DNA of 29,550 nt from Candidatus Thorarchaeota archaeon (GTDB taxonomy: Archaea; Asgardarchaeota; Thorarchaeia; Thorarchaeales; Thorarchaeaceae): positions 2,988,564 through 3,018,113 of the forward strand of contig CP070761.1 of assembly GCA_020348985.1 (NCBI GenBank), read 5' to 3'. The notes under the pieces are model-generated. The model was not told where the DNA came from and did not search any database. It was given only the letters and a program-made list of their open reading frames with translations. Made by a program: the position numbers and the translations under genes. Positions 17,124-25,384 of the stretch are shown piece by piece; the first letter of the stretch is position 1, and each line of letters opens with the position of its first letter.

Positions 17124-18845
17124 GAAGTTCACGAACAGAGTTGCACCATTTCTCATCTCAGGAACATATGCCCTCATATAAGGTCCAAATGGGTCGGCGA
17201 GTCCCGAGTTCACTGTCCATTCTATCCATAGCCACGCAGATTCTTGGCCGAACTTACCTTGAGAATACTGTCCAAAGGCCCAGCTTAGATAACGTTCCAT
17301 ATCCAGCTTTGCCAGATGCTCCTGACTCGAACCATTCTTCTTGACCTTCTCTCCCTTCTTGGCAATCGCCGTCACTTCGGCATTGAGCGCATCGTGTCTT
17401 TCATTGACGAAGTCGTGAAACTCTCGCAAGGCATCATTCATCTCATCACTCTTGCCTTTCTTCTTAGAACGATTAATCTTTCCTGTAATCTTGAACATCT
17501 CTGGAGAGTGAAGAGCTGGGAGGTCTTTCTCCTTGAGTTGGCCTGCAAGGTCTTCATTCCAGGGAGTGTTGAAGTACACTCTGGGATACTTCACGAAGAC
17601 TGGGAACGGAACCTTCAGCTCATTTGCTATCGGAATGACCTGAGCATAGTAAGCTGTCTCACCTTCGCCGCCGACATGTGCGATGACTGGAAGCACGGTG
17701 TCAATAGCAAACTGCCTGGAATCGACCCTTGGCGATAACAAGTGCGCGAATTCCTTCAGGTCGGGATCGGTGGTCGAAACCTCAATTTCGACCAATTCGC
17801 CACATGTAGGACACTTTCCTGTAAGGAGTCCACTGCTGCCGCGAGTCTCGTAATTCATCTCGACTCTGCTTCGATGACAGTTGGAACCAGGACATTCGTA
17901 GAAGAACGGTACATAGTTGGTCTGTCTATCTCCCGCACCAGGGATGAAGCCGCTGCTCTTTATTCTCTCTGTGATCTCCATATGTACTCTCAAGAACTTC
18001 TCTCTGATATCTTCTCTCAGGAGAAACTCGAATCCGTTCGACATCAGTTTCCTGATTCTCTCATCGCTGGCGGAAATCAGAGGTATACCAAGATTTCCCT
18101 CAACATTAAGCAGACGGGCTAGAATCCGTTCGGAGAAATCACCCAGACAACTAGAATTGACAAAAGCGTGCCTGATGAGGGCCAAACCAGCTTCAAGTCT
18201 TTCTTCAAACAGCTTTCGTGTATTCATTTCTAATGACTTGAACATCGGGCGATAACTGGCCTTCATGCCTTCTTCTACGTCCTCTAGCCATTCATAGTTC
18301 GGCAAAGGAAGTGATCCGGCAGGCGAATTCTCATACCCTTTTGGAACTGGAATGCTGATCAGGTTCCCTCCTTGTCCCATAATCGGAGTCCTGATTTTGA
18401 TGAGCTCAGTTTGAACAACATCATAATCGGCCACGAAGAAGAACGGGGTGAGTTCATTCTCCTGCCCTACGCTCATATCGGCGATTCTTCTTGCTGTTGC
18501 CGCCTTATTCAGTACGTAGCATGGGCCTCCTGCAATGACACTCTGATGAGCTGCCTCAATCGCACCACTTCCAAGAGCATCAATGCTCCTTCCTACTCGA
18601 GGAGTCAATCCGCCAAGGTCGTGGTTGATTTCAACAAGTGCTTTCGCTAGTGAGCCTTCTCGCGTTGGGTCGTGCCAGCCTTGCTCTTCGTACTCAGCTA
18701 AAATGGGTGATACAAGTTCCATAATCTCTCCCATGGTCTTTGGAGGATTGCCGTACAGATCACTTGCAAGCGCACTTCTTTGGTCCTTCCAAATGAAATC
18801 TGAATAGACTGTGCTTACACTATCCCCCAATAGGCATGCCTCCAT
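17115..18845 (-). CDS. bshC: Divergent BshC-like (bacillithiol cysteine-adding) enzyme
   Basis: AHQSVIAGGPCYVLNKA (cf. GQQ..L.TGPLY..HK), PFFFVADYD (cf. PIFW.AGEDHD), SPRVDSR...LPVIAHVGGEGETAYYAQ...PR (cf. SPNV..RP...PT.A..GPGE..YW), a helical region, then GQES (cf. LQER). Lies 2 bp downstream of bshA. Confidence 0.78.
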   Translation of the reverse strand: MEACLLGDSVSTVYSDFIWKDQRSALASDLYGNPPKTMGEIMELVSPILAEYEEQGWHDPTREGSLAKALVEINHDLGGLTPRVGRSIDALGSGAIEAAHQSVIAGGPCYVLNKAATARRIADMSVGQENELTPFFFVADYDVVQTELIKIRTPIMGQGGNLISIPVPKGYENSPAGSLPLPNYEWLEDVEEGMKASYRPMFKSLEMNTRKLFEERLEAGLALIRHAFVNSSCLGDFSERILARLLNVEGNLGIPLISASDERIRKLMSNGFEFLLREDIREKFLRVHMEITERIKSSGFIPGAGDRQTNYVPFFYECPGSNCHRSRVEMNYETRGSSGLLTGKCPTCGELVEIEVSTTDPDLKEFAHLLSPRVDSRQFAIDTVLPVIAHVGGEGETAYYAQVIPIANELKVPFPVFVKYPRVYFNTPWNEDLAGQLKEKDLPALHSPEMFKITGKINRSKKKGKSDEMNDALREFHDFVNERHDALNAEVTAIAKKGEKVKKNGSSQEHLAKLDMERYLSWAFGQYSQGKFGQESAWLWIEWTVNSGLADPFGPYMRAYVPEMRNGATLFVNFST

Positions 18846-18847
18846 CC

Positions 18848-20020
18848 CTACTTCCGAACGCTTTCGAGTACTCTTTCGTATTTCGAGACAATCTGCTCGG
18901 CTGAGAAGCTTGTCTCCACGCGTTTTCGGCCGCTAGCTGCTATCTCCTTTCTGAGCTTTTCGTTCTCAAGAAGGTCTATAATTGCTTCAGCAAATTCGTC
19001 TTGCTCGAACCCTTTGGTGACTATGCCGTCAATTCCAGGTCTTACGAGTTCAGGAATCCCGCCAGCAGGTGTAGTCACGACTGGAAGACTGCAAGACATG
19101 GCCTCCAATAGAGTAAGGGGCATTCCTTCGAGTGTGGAGTTCAATAGGAACACATCAGCTGAACACATTATTTCCTGCATATTGCTCTTGATTCCTAGAA
19201 GATGCACGTTGTTACAGAGGTCAAGCTCCTCAATCTTTCTTTCAACTTCGATTCTTGTTGGCCCGTCTCCGGCAATGATGAGTCTTGTATTCGGGAGGTG
19301 GTCCACTACTATCCTCATGATTTCAACTAGCCCGACAACTCTCTTGACACGCCTGAAGTTGGAGGCATGAAGCAAGATCATCTCATCCGGCTTAATCTCT
19401 TGGAGATCTTCCGTTTTGCGAAGTGAAACACATCCACTCTCAACCGTAAGTCGAATTCCATTAAGATGGCTGAACCTCTCGATGTCAATGAAATTGGGGA
19501 TGACTTCTATATCCCGTTCGATTCCAAGCTCTTCTTTCGCCTTTTTCTTCAAGAACTCAGAAACGCATGTTACGGCGTCAGCGTTTTCTACTGCATGTTT
19601 GACTACTGGACGATATGCTGGGTCAAGACCCAGTGTGTGAACGTCCGAACCATGGAGTGTTACAGCATAGGGAATCCCACATATTTCCCGAGCCATATAG
19701 GCTGACATTGCATGAGGTATCGCATAGTGTGAATGAACGACATCTAGCTTTGCGTCATGTGCCACTTTGATTATCTTTGAGGTGAGTGCCATTGTATACG
19801 GTGGCCCAATCGTCTTAAACAAAGGATAGTCAAACCGGTCCACTAGATCTACGTAGACTCCACTTGTCTGCTCCCACATCAAAGAAAATGGACGCTCATA
19901 CGAAATGAAATGAATCTGATGGCCTCTCTTTGCCAGGCTTTGACCAAGTCGCGTGGCAAGATAGCCTGAGCCGCCAACCCCTGGGTACAGGTTGACCCCT
20001 ATCCTCATGCGTTCACCCAT
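18848..20020 (-). CDS. bshA: N-acetyl-alpha-D-glucosaminyl L-malate synthase-like GT4 glycosyltransferase
   Basis: BshA-specific motifs: YPGVGGSG..AT.LG..LA.RGH.IHFI, YPLF...PPY..AL.SK, HSHYAIPHA, TLHGSD..LG.DP, HASNFRRVKRV; also the EX7E motif EGMPLTLLE. Start is ATG 20020 or 20008. Confidence 0.92.
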   Translation of the reverse strand: MGERMRIGVNLYPGVGGSGYLATRLGQSLAKRGHQIHFISYERPFSLMWEQTSGVYVDLVDRFDYPLFKTIGPPYTMALTSKIIKVAHDAKLDVVHSHYAIPHAMSAYMAREICGIPYAVTLHGSDVHTLGLDPAYRPVVKHAVENADAVTCVSEFLKKKAKEELGIERDIEVIPNFIDIERFSHLNGIRLTVESGCVSLRKTEDLQEIKPDEMILLHASNFRRVKRVVGLVEIMRIVVDHLPNTRLIIAGDGPTRIEVERKIEELDLCNNVHLLGIKSNMQEIMCSADVFLLNSTLEGMPLTLLEAMSCSLPVVTTPAGGIPELVRPGIDGIVTKGFEQDEFAEAIIDLLENEKLRKEIAASGRKRVETSFSAEQIVSKYERVLESVRK

Positions 20021-20119
20021 GCGCAAGAGGCTCGTCTCATTCCCTTTAAGGAAACTGGTTTCGACATGATGATTCAAGAATGAAATACTTTGATTAGATA
20101 GGACTACAGTCTTCACACC
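20021..20119. promoter_or_regulatory. Divergent promoter region between bshA and the bshB-like gene
   Basis: 99-bp gap between head-to-head genes; minus-strand CTTAAA at ~20044-20049, about 24 nt from ATG 20020. Confidence 0.5.
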
Positions 20120-20788
20120 ATGGGCGAGCAAAAAGATGCTTCGATTCTGGTTGTAGTAGCTCATCCTGACGATGAGACGTTAGGGGCGGGCGGCACAATT
20201 CGTGCGCATACGGAACAGAGCAAACCAGTTGATGTGCTCTGCATGACTGGTAGCGACATGCGGAATAAGGAGCTTCAGGCAGCGGGTGAGAAACTAGGAG
20301 TAAGGTATCTCTACCTAAGTGAACGTGATGACTTCGCAATTGGCAATTCTCTCATACATGAGGTTGTAGGTGCGATTCTCAAATCTCAGCCCAAGATTCT
20401 AATCACACACTCGACATCTGACTACAACCGTAACCACTCAAATTGCGCACAGATTGTGTTCGAAGCAGTTGAGTGGGCATCGCATTCCACCATCTTCGAG
20501 AACGCTCACAGAGTGGAACGAATCTACAACATGGAAATTAATACGCTGCTCTCGAGACCGAATGTGTTTGTCAATGTGACAAAGCAATACAAGATCGCAC
20601 TTTCAGCACTCCGAGAGCACAAATCCCAAACTGGAAAATCTGACGACTACTATCTAAAGCTGTACGATGCAAGAACCAGGTTACGTGGTGTTCAGTCCGA
20701 ATGCGAACGAGCCGAGGCTTTCTCAATAACATTGCCTGAGCATGCTGGACCATTCTATCCTGAGAATCACGTGACAAGTCTGATTTAG
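20120..20788 (+). CDS. bshB: PIG-L/LmbE family deacetylase, BshB-like
   Basis: Motifs: AHPDDE..G.GG, R..E...A, HKSQ and AEAF; divergent from bshA. The second motif reads NRNH rather than HxDH. Confidence 0.8.
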   Translation: MGEQKDASILVVVAHPDDETLGAGGTIRAHTEQSKPVDVLCMTGSDMRNKELQAAGEKLGVRYLYLSERDDFAIGNSLIHEVVGAILKSQPKILITHSTSDYNRNHSNCAQIVFEAVEWASHSTIFENAHRVERIYNMEINTLLSRPNVFVNVTKQYKIALSALREHKSQTGKSDDYYLKLYDARTRLRGVQSECERAEAFSITLPEHAGPFYPENHVTSLI

Positions 20789-21195
20789 GATTCGCTTCCT
20801 TCTGACTTTCTTCTCCTAGCTGCTAGGAGGGACTTGAGCTCGCCCATCAAACTTGTCGGACCGCCTGGACTGGCGGCAGGCGCAGGACTAGGTGCTCTAG
20901 CAATCGGTTCACCCGCTGCGGCAGGAGATGGTGTGGGCGCAGAAGATACGCCAGCAGGAGCTCCCTGGGCTAGCCGTGCATAGTTAGATTCAAGCTGGGC
21001 AATTCTGCCATCAATTTCACTGATTTTAGCATTGACTGAGTTGACGATTTCTTGTAGCTCTCCGATCGCATCCACAAGCTTAGTCGTAATGGTGCTGACC
21101 ACTTCGCCTAATTGACGGATACGGACCTCGTTTGGGTCGCTTAGTGCCCACTCGAAATCTTCCATTATGCCAAGTTCGTCTTTTTCCTTTGCCAT
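20785..21195 (-). CDS. Coiled-coil + Pro/Ala-rich + basic amphipathic C-terminal helix protein (candidate actin regulator)
   Basis: 136 aa from ATG 21195 with its own TATA box (minus-strand TTTTATA, 21237-21243). The ORF is well supported; the function is inferred. Confidence 0.8.
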   Translation of the reverse strand: MAKEKDELGIMEDFEWALSDPNEVRIRQLGEVVSTITTKLVDAIGELQEIVNSVNAKISEIDGRIAQLESNYARLAQGAPAGVSSAPTPSPAAAGEPIARAPSPAPAASPGGPTSLMGELKSLLAARRRKSEGSES

Positions 21196-21280
21196 CCGGC
21201 TAGCTCCGTGCAATACCTCGCTTGTAGCAGTTGTGCTATAAAACTATCTCACACGTAAAAATGAAACCATTTCGATTGGA

Positions 21281-22660
21281 CTACTTGGAGATAGCTTTCT
21301 CTACGATGGATTTTGCGCCTTGAAGGATTCTCTCAGTTACTTCGTCTGACGACCCCTCGCATGTAACTCTGATAACAGGCTCTGTGCCTGAAGGTCGCAC
21401 CAAGGCCCAGCCGTCCTTCAAAGACAAGCCAATCCCGTCGACTGTCAACACTTCAACAACATCAGGCATTCCGCTAGGCAACTCCTCAGCCAGTGTCTGC
21501 ATAACATCTCCTTTCCGATTGTTGGGACATTCGATTTTAGCTTTCAACAGAGAGTAGATCGGGATGTCAGAGATAAGATCTCCAAGGCTTCGCTTGTGCC
21601 GTGCCATCATCTCAAGAATCCGACAGATTGCCAAGAATGGTTCGGGTGCGAAGTGAAACGCAGGGAAGATGAATACTCCTGCCGCTTCCCCTCCCAATAC
21701 TGCTGCCGTCTCTTTCACTTTGACAGCGACCTGAATGTCTCCAACGGGGGTCCTTATTGTTGTACCACCAAGACTCTTGACGGTCTCATCGAGCACTTTC
21801 GAGCTGTCGACGGTCGTCACAACTGTCTTGTTTTTCGATGATGGCACCATTTCGGTAGCCAAGAGAGCTATTATTCTGTCCCCTCTGATGACTTCTCCCT
21901 TCTCTGTGACGAAGACCACTCTATCAGAGTCACCATCGTGTGCGATCCCAAGATTTGCATCAGTCTGCTGGATAGTACGAATGAGATCACCAAGGGTTTC
22001 TTGTTCTGGTTCTGACTTCCTTCCCGGGAAATGCCCGTCAAGCTGCCCATTGATTGTGATGACCCTGCAGCCAAGTCTTCTGACAAGATATGGTGTCAAC
22101 ACACAAGCTGCACCATTTCCCGGGTCAACAACGACTTTGAAGTGGCCAGACTCGATTAGGTTTTGGTCACACTTTGAAATAATGGCCTTGATGTGTTCAT
22201 CTGCAGCATTGTCTATTGTCATTGTCTCGCCGAGACTGTCCCAGGAAGCAGACCTGAAGTTCTCTGAGAAGTAGAACTCAGCAATCTTGTCTTCCTCCTC
22301 TGAAGTGTATCCTGTGCTGTCTGATGACCAAAACTTGATGCCCGTATACTCTGGTGGGTTGTGTGATGCCGTGATCATCGCTCCTGCGCTGAATCCACCC
22401 TCTCTTGTCATGAACGCTAGTGTTGGGGTTGGGATTATCCCCGCTCGTTTCACGGATACTCCAGTTGACAACACACCTGCCGAGAAAGCATCTGCGACCA
22501 TTCTTCCGGTAGTTCGTCCATCTCTTGCCACCAAGACTGTGCCCTCTTCTAGGTGGCTTCCCAAGGCCTTGCCCAGCTTCATTGCCATATCAAGTGTGAA
22601 CTCACTTCCGTAGACTTTCCTGACTCCAGTCGTACCGAAGAGACCCGTCATTTCACTCAC
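21281..22660 (-). CDS. glmM: Phosphoglucosamine mutase / phosphomannomutase (alpha-D-phosphohexomutase)
   Basis: Motifs: LFGTTGVR, ITASHNPPEY (phospho-Ser), metal loop DGDSDR, GGEAAG, VRPSGTEP..R. Substrate specificity cannot be determined from sequence. Confidence 0.9.
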   Translation of the reverse strand: MSEMTGLFGTTGVRKVYGSEFTLDMAMKLGKALGSHLEEGTVLVARDGRTTGRMVADAFSAGVLSTGVSVKRAGIIPTPTLAFMTREGGFSAGAMITASHNPPEYTGIKFWSSDSTGYTSEEEDKIAEFYFSENFRSASWDSLGETMTIDNAADEHIKAIISKCDQNLIESGHFKVVVDPGNGAACVLTPYLVRRLGCRVITINGQLDGHFPGRKSEPEQETLGDLIRTIQQTDANLGIAHDGDSDRVVFVTEKGEVIRGDRIIALLATEMVPSSKNKTVVTTVDSSKVLDETVKSLGGTTIRTPVGDIQVAVKVKETAAVLGGEAAGVFIFPAFHFAPEPFLAICRILEMMARHKRSLGDLISDIPIYSLLKAKIECPNNRKGDVMQTLAEELPSGMPDVVEVLTVDGIGLSLKDGWALVRPSGTEPVIRVTCEGSSDEVTERILQGAKSIVEKAISK

Positions 22661-22792
22661 CGATTCTGACCAATTCCCAACAAGAAAAACGTACCTACTT
22701 TATGGCGGCCTTGAGTCGATAACTGCAACTCACGTGGTCTAGATACTCCTAAATAGGATAGTTGACTCGAGTTCCCAAGCAGGGCCAGTACG

Positions 22793-23587
22793 ATGTCAAT
22801 CTTGGAATTCAACGGTGCCAGAATCGCCTACTATGAGTCTGATGACCGTGAGGACAAGACTGAGGGTTTCCCAGTAGTCTTTGTACATGGGGCTGGATCG
22901 TCACACGCAATTTGGGGGATTCAGGTTAAAGTATTCAGGAGGAGCCATAGAGTGATCACAATTGACCTCTCTGGTCACGCGGCGTCCGAGCTGACCGAAG
23001 GTGAGCCAGACATCAAGGAAGGGTTTGCGAAAGAAGTTGCTGCATTGGTCGAACATCTCGACCTTGAGAATTTCGTCCTAGTAGGTCACAGCATGGGTGG
23101 TGCTGTTGTGATGGCCTATGTATTGAACAAGGAGTTCAGAAGTCCTCGGGCCATTGCATTAGTCAATACAACTGCCGAACTGAACTTGACAAAACTGACT
23201 CCTGGGCTTGCCATCGAAGCGGTTGAAGAGGCTTTTGTTCGACTAAAGGCGAAGCTTCAGGGGAAGGACACTATGGCTCTTCGAATTATAAATGAAGAGA
23301 AGAAGATGAAGGACGAAAACCCAGAGATGATGCTTCGAGACCTCAAAGCGTGCGCCAAGTTCAACGTAAGTGAGAGGCTATCCGAAATAGAGGTTCCAAC
23401 ATTGATCATTCACGGAAAAGATGATGACATAGTCCGTGCAGGCTACGCGCAGCAACTCGAGAAGTCCATTAAGCGCTCTGACATTGCATTCGTAAAAGGG
23501 GCAGACCATCAACCACATGTGGAAAGGCCTGTCCAGTTCAATGTCCTACTCAAAAGATTCCTAGACTGGGTTGACAAGAACACATAG
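22793..23587 (+). CDS. Alpha/beta-fold hydrolase
   Basis: VFVHGAG, nucleophile elbow GHSMGG, Asp in HGKDDDIV and His in ADHQP. Confidence 0.92.
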   Translation: MSILEFNGARIAYYESDDREDKTEGFPVVFVHGAGSSHAIWGIQVKVFRRSHRVITIDLSGHAASELTEGEPDIKEGFAKEVAALVEHLDLENFVLVGHSMGGAVVMAYVLNKEFRSPRAIALVNTTAELNLTKLTPGLAIEAVEEAFVRLKAKLQGKDTMALRIINEEKKMKDENPEMMLRDLKACAKFNVSERLSEIEVPTLIIHGKDDDIVRAGYAQQLEKSIKRSDIAFVKGADHQPHVERPVQFNVLLKRFLDWVDKNT

Positions 23588-23602
23588 ACGTGTGCGATTA
23601 AC

Positions 23603-24583
23603 TTGGATGTCATTATGATGGAGCTAGAAACCGAGGTAAGGAAGTTTGGAGAAATTAACGTCCAAGAAGTGGCCAAACTCACATTCGATGCCAGACAGAA
23701 TTCCGACCTAAGAAACGAAATGATTACTTTGGAAGGCATGATCGCAGAGCTGGAACTTGGCAAAGAGGATGATGTAGACAAGTTTGTGATACAATCCCTT
23801 GATACTACAGGACAACTCAAGGGATGGCTAAGCATTTACACCGGCTTTCCGGGTATCCATTTCATAGGGGCATGGCAACCGATTGTTCCTGAAGGCAGTG
23901 ACCAAGGAGACATTGCATCTGCTCTCATCGAGCGAGCAATCGGGTATACTAAGGAAGCCGGCGTCAAACGACTTGAAGTGCTGTTTGACAATCTAAGTGA
24001 AGATATTCGCGACCTGTGTGGAAGAATGGGCAAGTGGTATGAAGAAAAGGGCATGCGTTTCACGACTGAGGAAACGCGAATGGTCGCTGATTTGAATTCG
24101 CTTCACCTAGAAGAGCACCCTCTCCCGTCAGACATCGATGTGGTTACTATTGCTGAGACCAGCAACGAAGAAATGCGCAAACCATTCTTCGACACATTCC
24201 TCGCTAGCAAAGATCGACTCTTTCTGGACCTTGAAGATGAGAATCAGCTTGTGGCTTTCGACTGGTGGTTTGAGAGGACTAGGCCGTTCGACAAGGAGTC
24301 AACGATAATTCTCAAGGACGGTGACGCGATCGTTGGGTTCTGTGTCGTTCGACCAAGCCTCAAGTCCGCGTCAATTGGTCCCTTCGGAGTCCATCCTGAT
24401 TACCAAGGCCGTGGGCTCGGGAAAGCACTTCTCTCAAGGAGCCTTCGGGCCATGATTCGGAAGGGTCTGAGAACAGTGGAACTTGAGATGGATATTGAAA
24501 ACACACCCGCACACAATCTCTACACCAGTTTTGGATTCGAATCAATCCACAGTACCATCTACTACAGCTGGAAGGCGCCCTAG
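23603..24583 (+). CDS. Tandem-domain GNAT N-acetyltransferase
   Basis: C-terminal motif A GVHPDYQGRGLGKALL and N..A..LY...GF; degenerate N-terminal GNAT domain. Confidence 0.88.
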   Translation: MDVIMMELETEVRKFGEINVQEVAKLTFDARQNSDLRNEMITLEGMIAELELGKEDDVDKFVIQSLDTTGQLKGWLSIYTGFPGIHFIGAWQPIVPEGSDQGDIASALIERAIGYTKEAGVKRLEVLFDNLSEDIRDLCGRMGKWYEEKGMRFTTEETRMVADLNSLHLEEHPLPSDIDVVTIAETSNEEMRKPFFDTFLASKDRLFLDLEDENQLVAFDWWFERTRPFDKESTIILKDGDAIVGFCVVRPSLKSASIGPFGVHPDYQGRGLGKALLSRSLRAMIRKGLRTVELEMDIENTPAHNLYTSFGFESIHSTIYYSWKAP

Positions 24584-24654
24584 CCGCATCCTTCGTTCGT
24601 TCCGTACACAAAAGATTCCCATTGTGCGCAAAGAACAGAGGCGCGCAGAGAGAG

Positions 24655-24670
24655 CAGCGAAACCTTATTA
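24655..24670 (+). promoter_or_regulatory. BRE/TATA-like promoter of the small GTPase
   Basis: CAGCGAAACCTTATTA, about 65 nt upstream of ATG 24734. Confidence 0.5.
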
Positions 24671-24733
24671 GAGGCGAGCCACCTTTGTCGCTGCTAGAAG
24701 TCGCCAGACTCAACCGAGACGGAAGAAGGTCAT

Positions 24734-25282
24734 ATGAGCAGTGCTTACGATTTCCTGTTCAAGATTGTCGTCCTAGGCGAGGGTGCTGTTGGGAAGACCG
24801 CCATTGTGACTCGCTTCAGTCACGGTTTCTTCCGTACCGACTACAAAACCACCATCGGCTCCCAGTTCGCAGTCAAGAATATCGAAATTGTCGATGATGC
24901 GGGCACTCGGACTACTGTTAAGTTGCAGATCTGGGACGTAGCTGGCCAATCTCGGTTCCAGATTCTCAGGCCGATGTACTATCGCGGAGCAAGTGGTGGG
25001 CTTCTGGTATACGATGTCAGTCGAAAGAGGACATTCATTGTACTTGATGAATGGCTCGACGAGTTAACGAAGGCTATCAACAAGGAAATCCCGCTGGTTC
25101 TCGTGGCAAACAAGACTGACCTTCCAGACCGAGTTGTGGAACCTGCGGAAGGACAGGAGTACGCGAGAGGGAAGGGCATGCCCTATGTCGAGTCCTCAGC
25201 CAAGACTGGCGAAGGAATCGTAGATATCTTTGAAGAGCTTGCGAAGGTACTTGTCTCAACTCGCAAGAAAGGTTCAGATTAG
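24734..25282 (+). CDS. Rab-like small GTPase (eukaryotic signature protein)
   Basis: G1 GEGAVGKT, G2 TTIG, G3 WDVAGQ, G4 NKTD, G5 SAK; RabF-like KLQIW, YYRGA and LVYDV. Confidence 0.95.
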   Translation: MSSAYDFLFKIVVLGEGAVGKTAIVTRFSHGFFRTDYKTTIGSQFAVKNIEIVDDAGTRTTVKLQIWDVAGQSRFQILRPMYYRGASGGLLVYDVSRKRTFIVLDEWLDELTKAINKEIPLVLVANKTDLPDRVVEPAEGQEYARGKGMPYVESSAKTGEGIVDIFEELAKVLVSTRKKGSD

Positions 25283-25384
25283 CTATCGTCTCGCTTCGTG
25301 GCTGTGTTTTCCGGTCACACGTTATGCTAAAAGAGTCAATCCCAACGCTAATTTGGGAGAAGTCTGCAAGTTGGAACTTGAACG

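Noticed and set aside
20021-20164. Track-extended bshA N-terminus overlapping bshB
   Set aside because: Homology begins at MRIGVNLYP, and the extension covers the divergent promoter.
17115-20788. Mycothiol (mshABC) pathway or a generic glycosylation locus
   Set aside because: The GT motifs are BshA-specific, and the ligase lacks the CysRS-like HIGH/KMSKS motifs of MshC.
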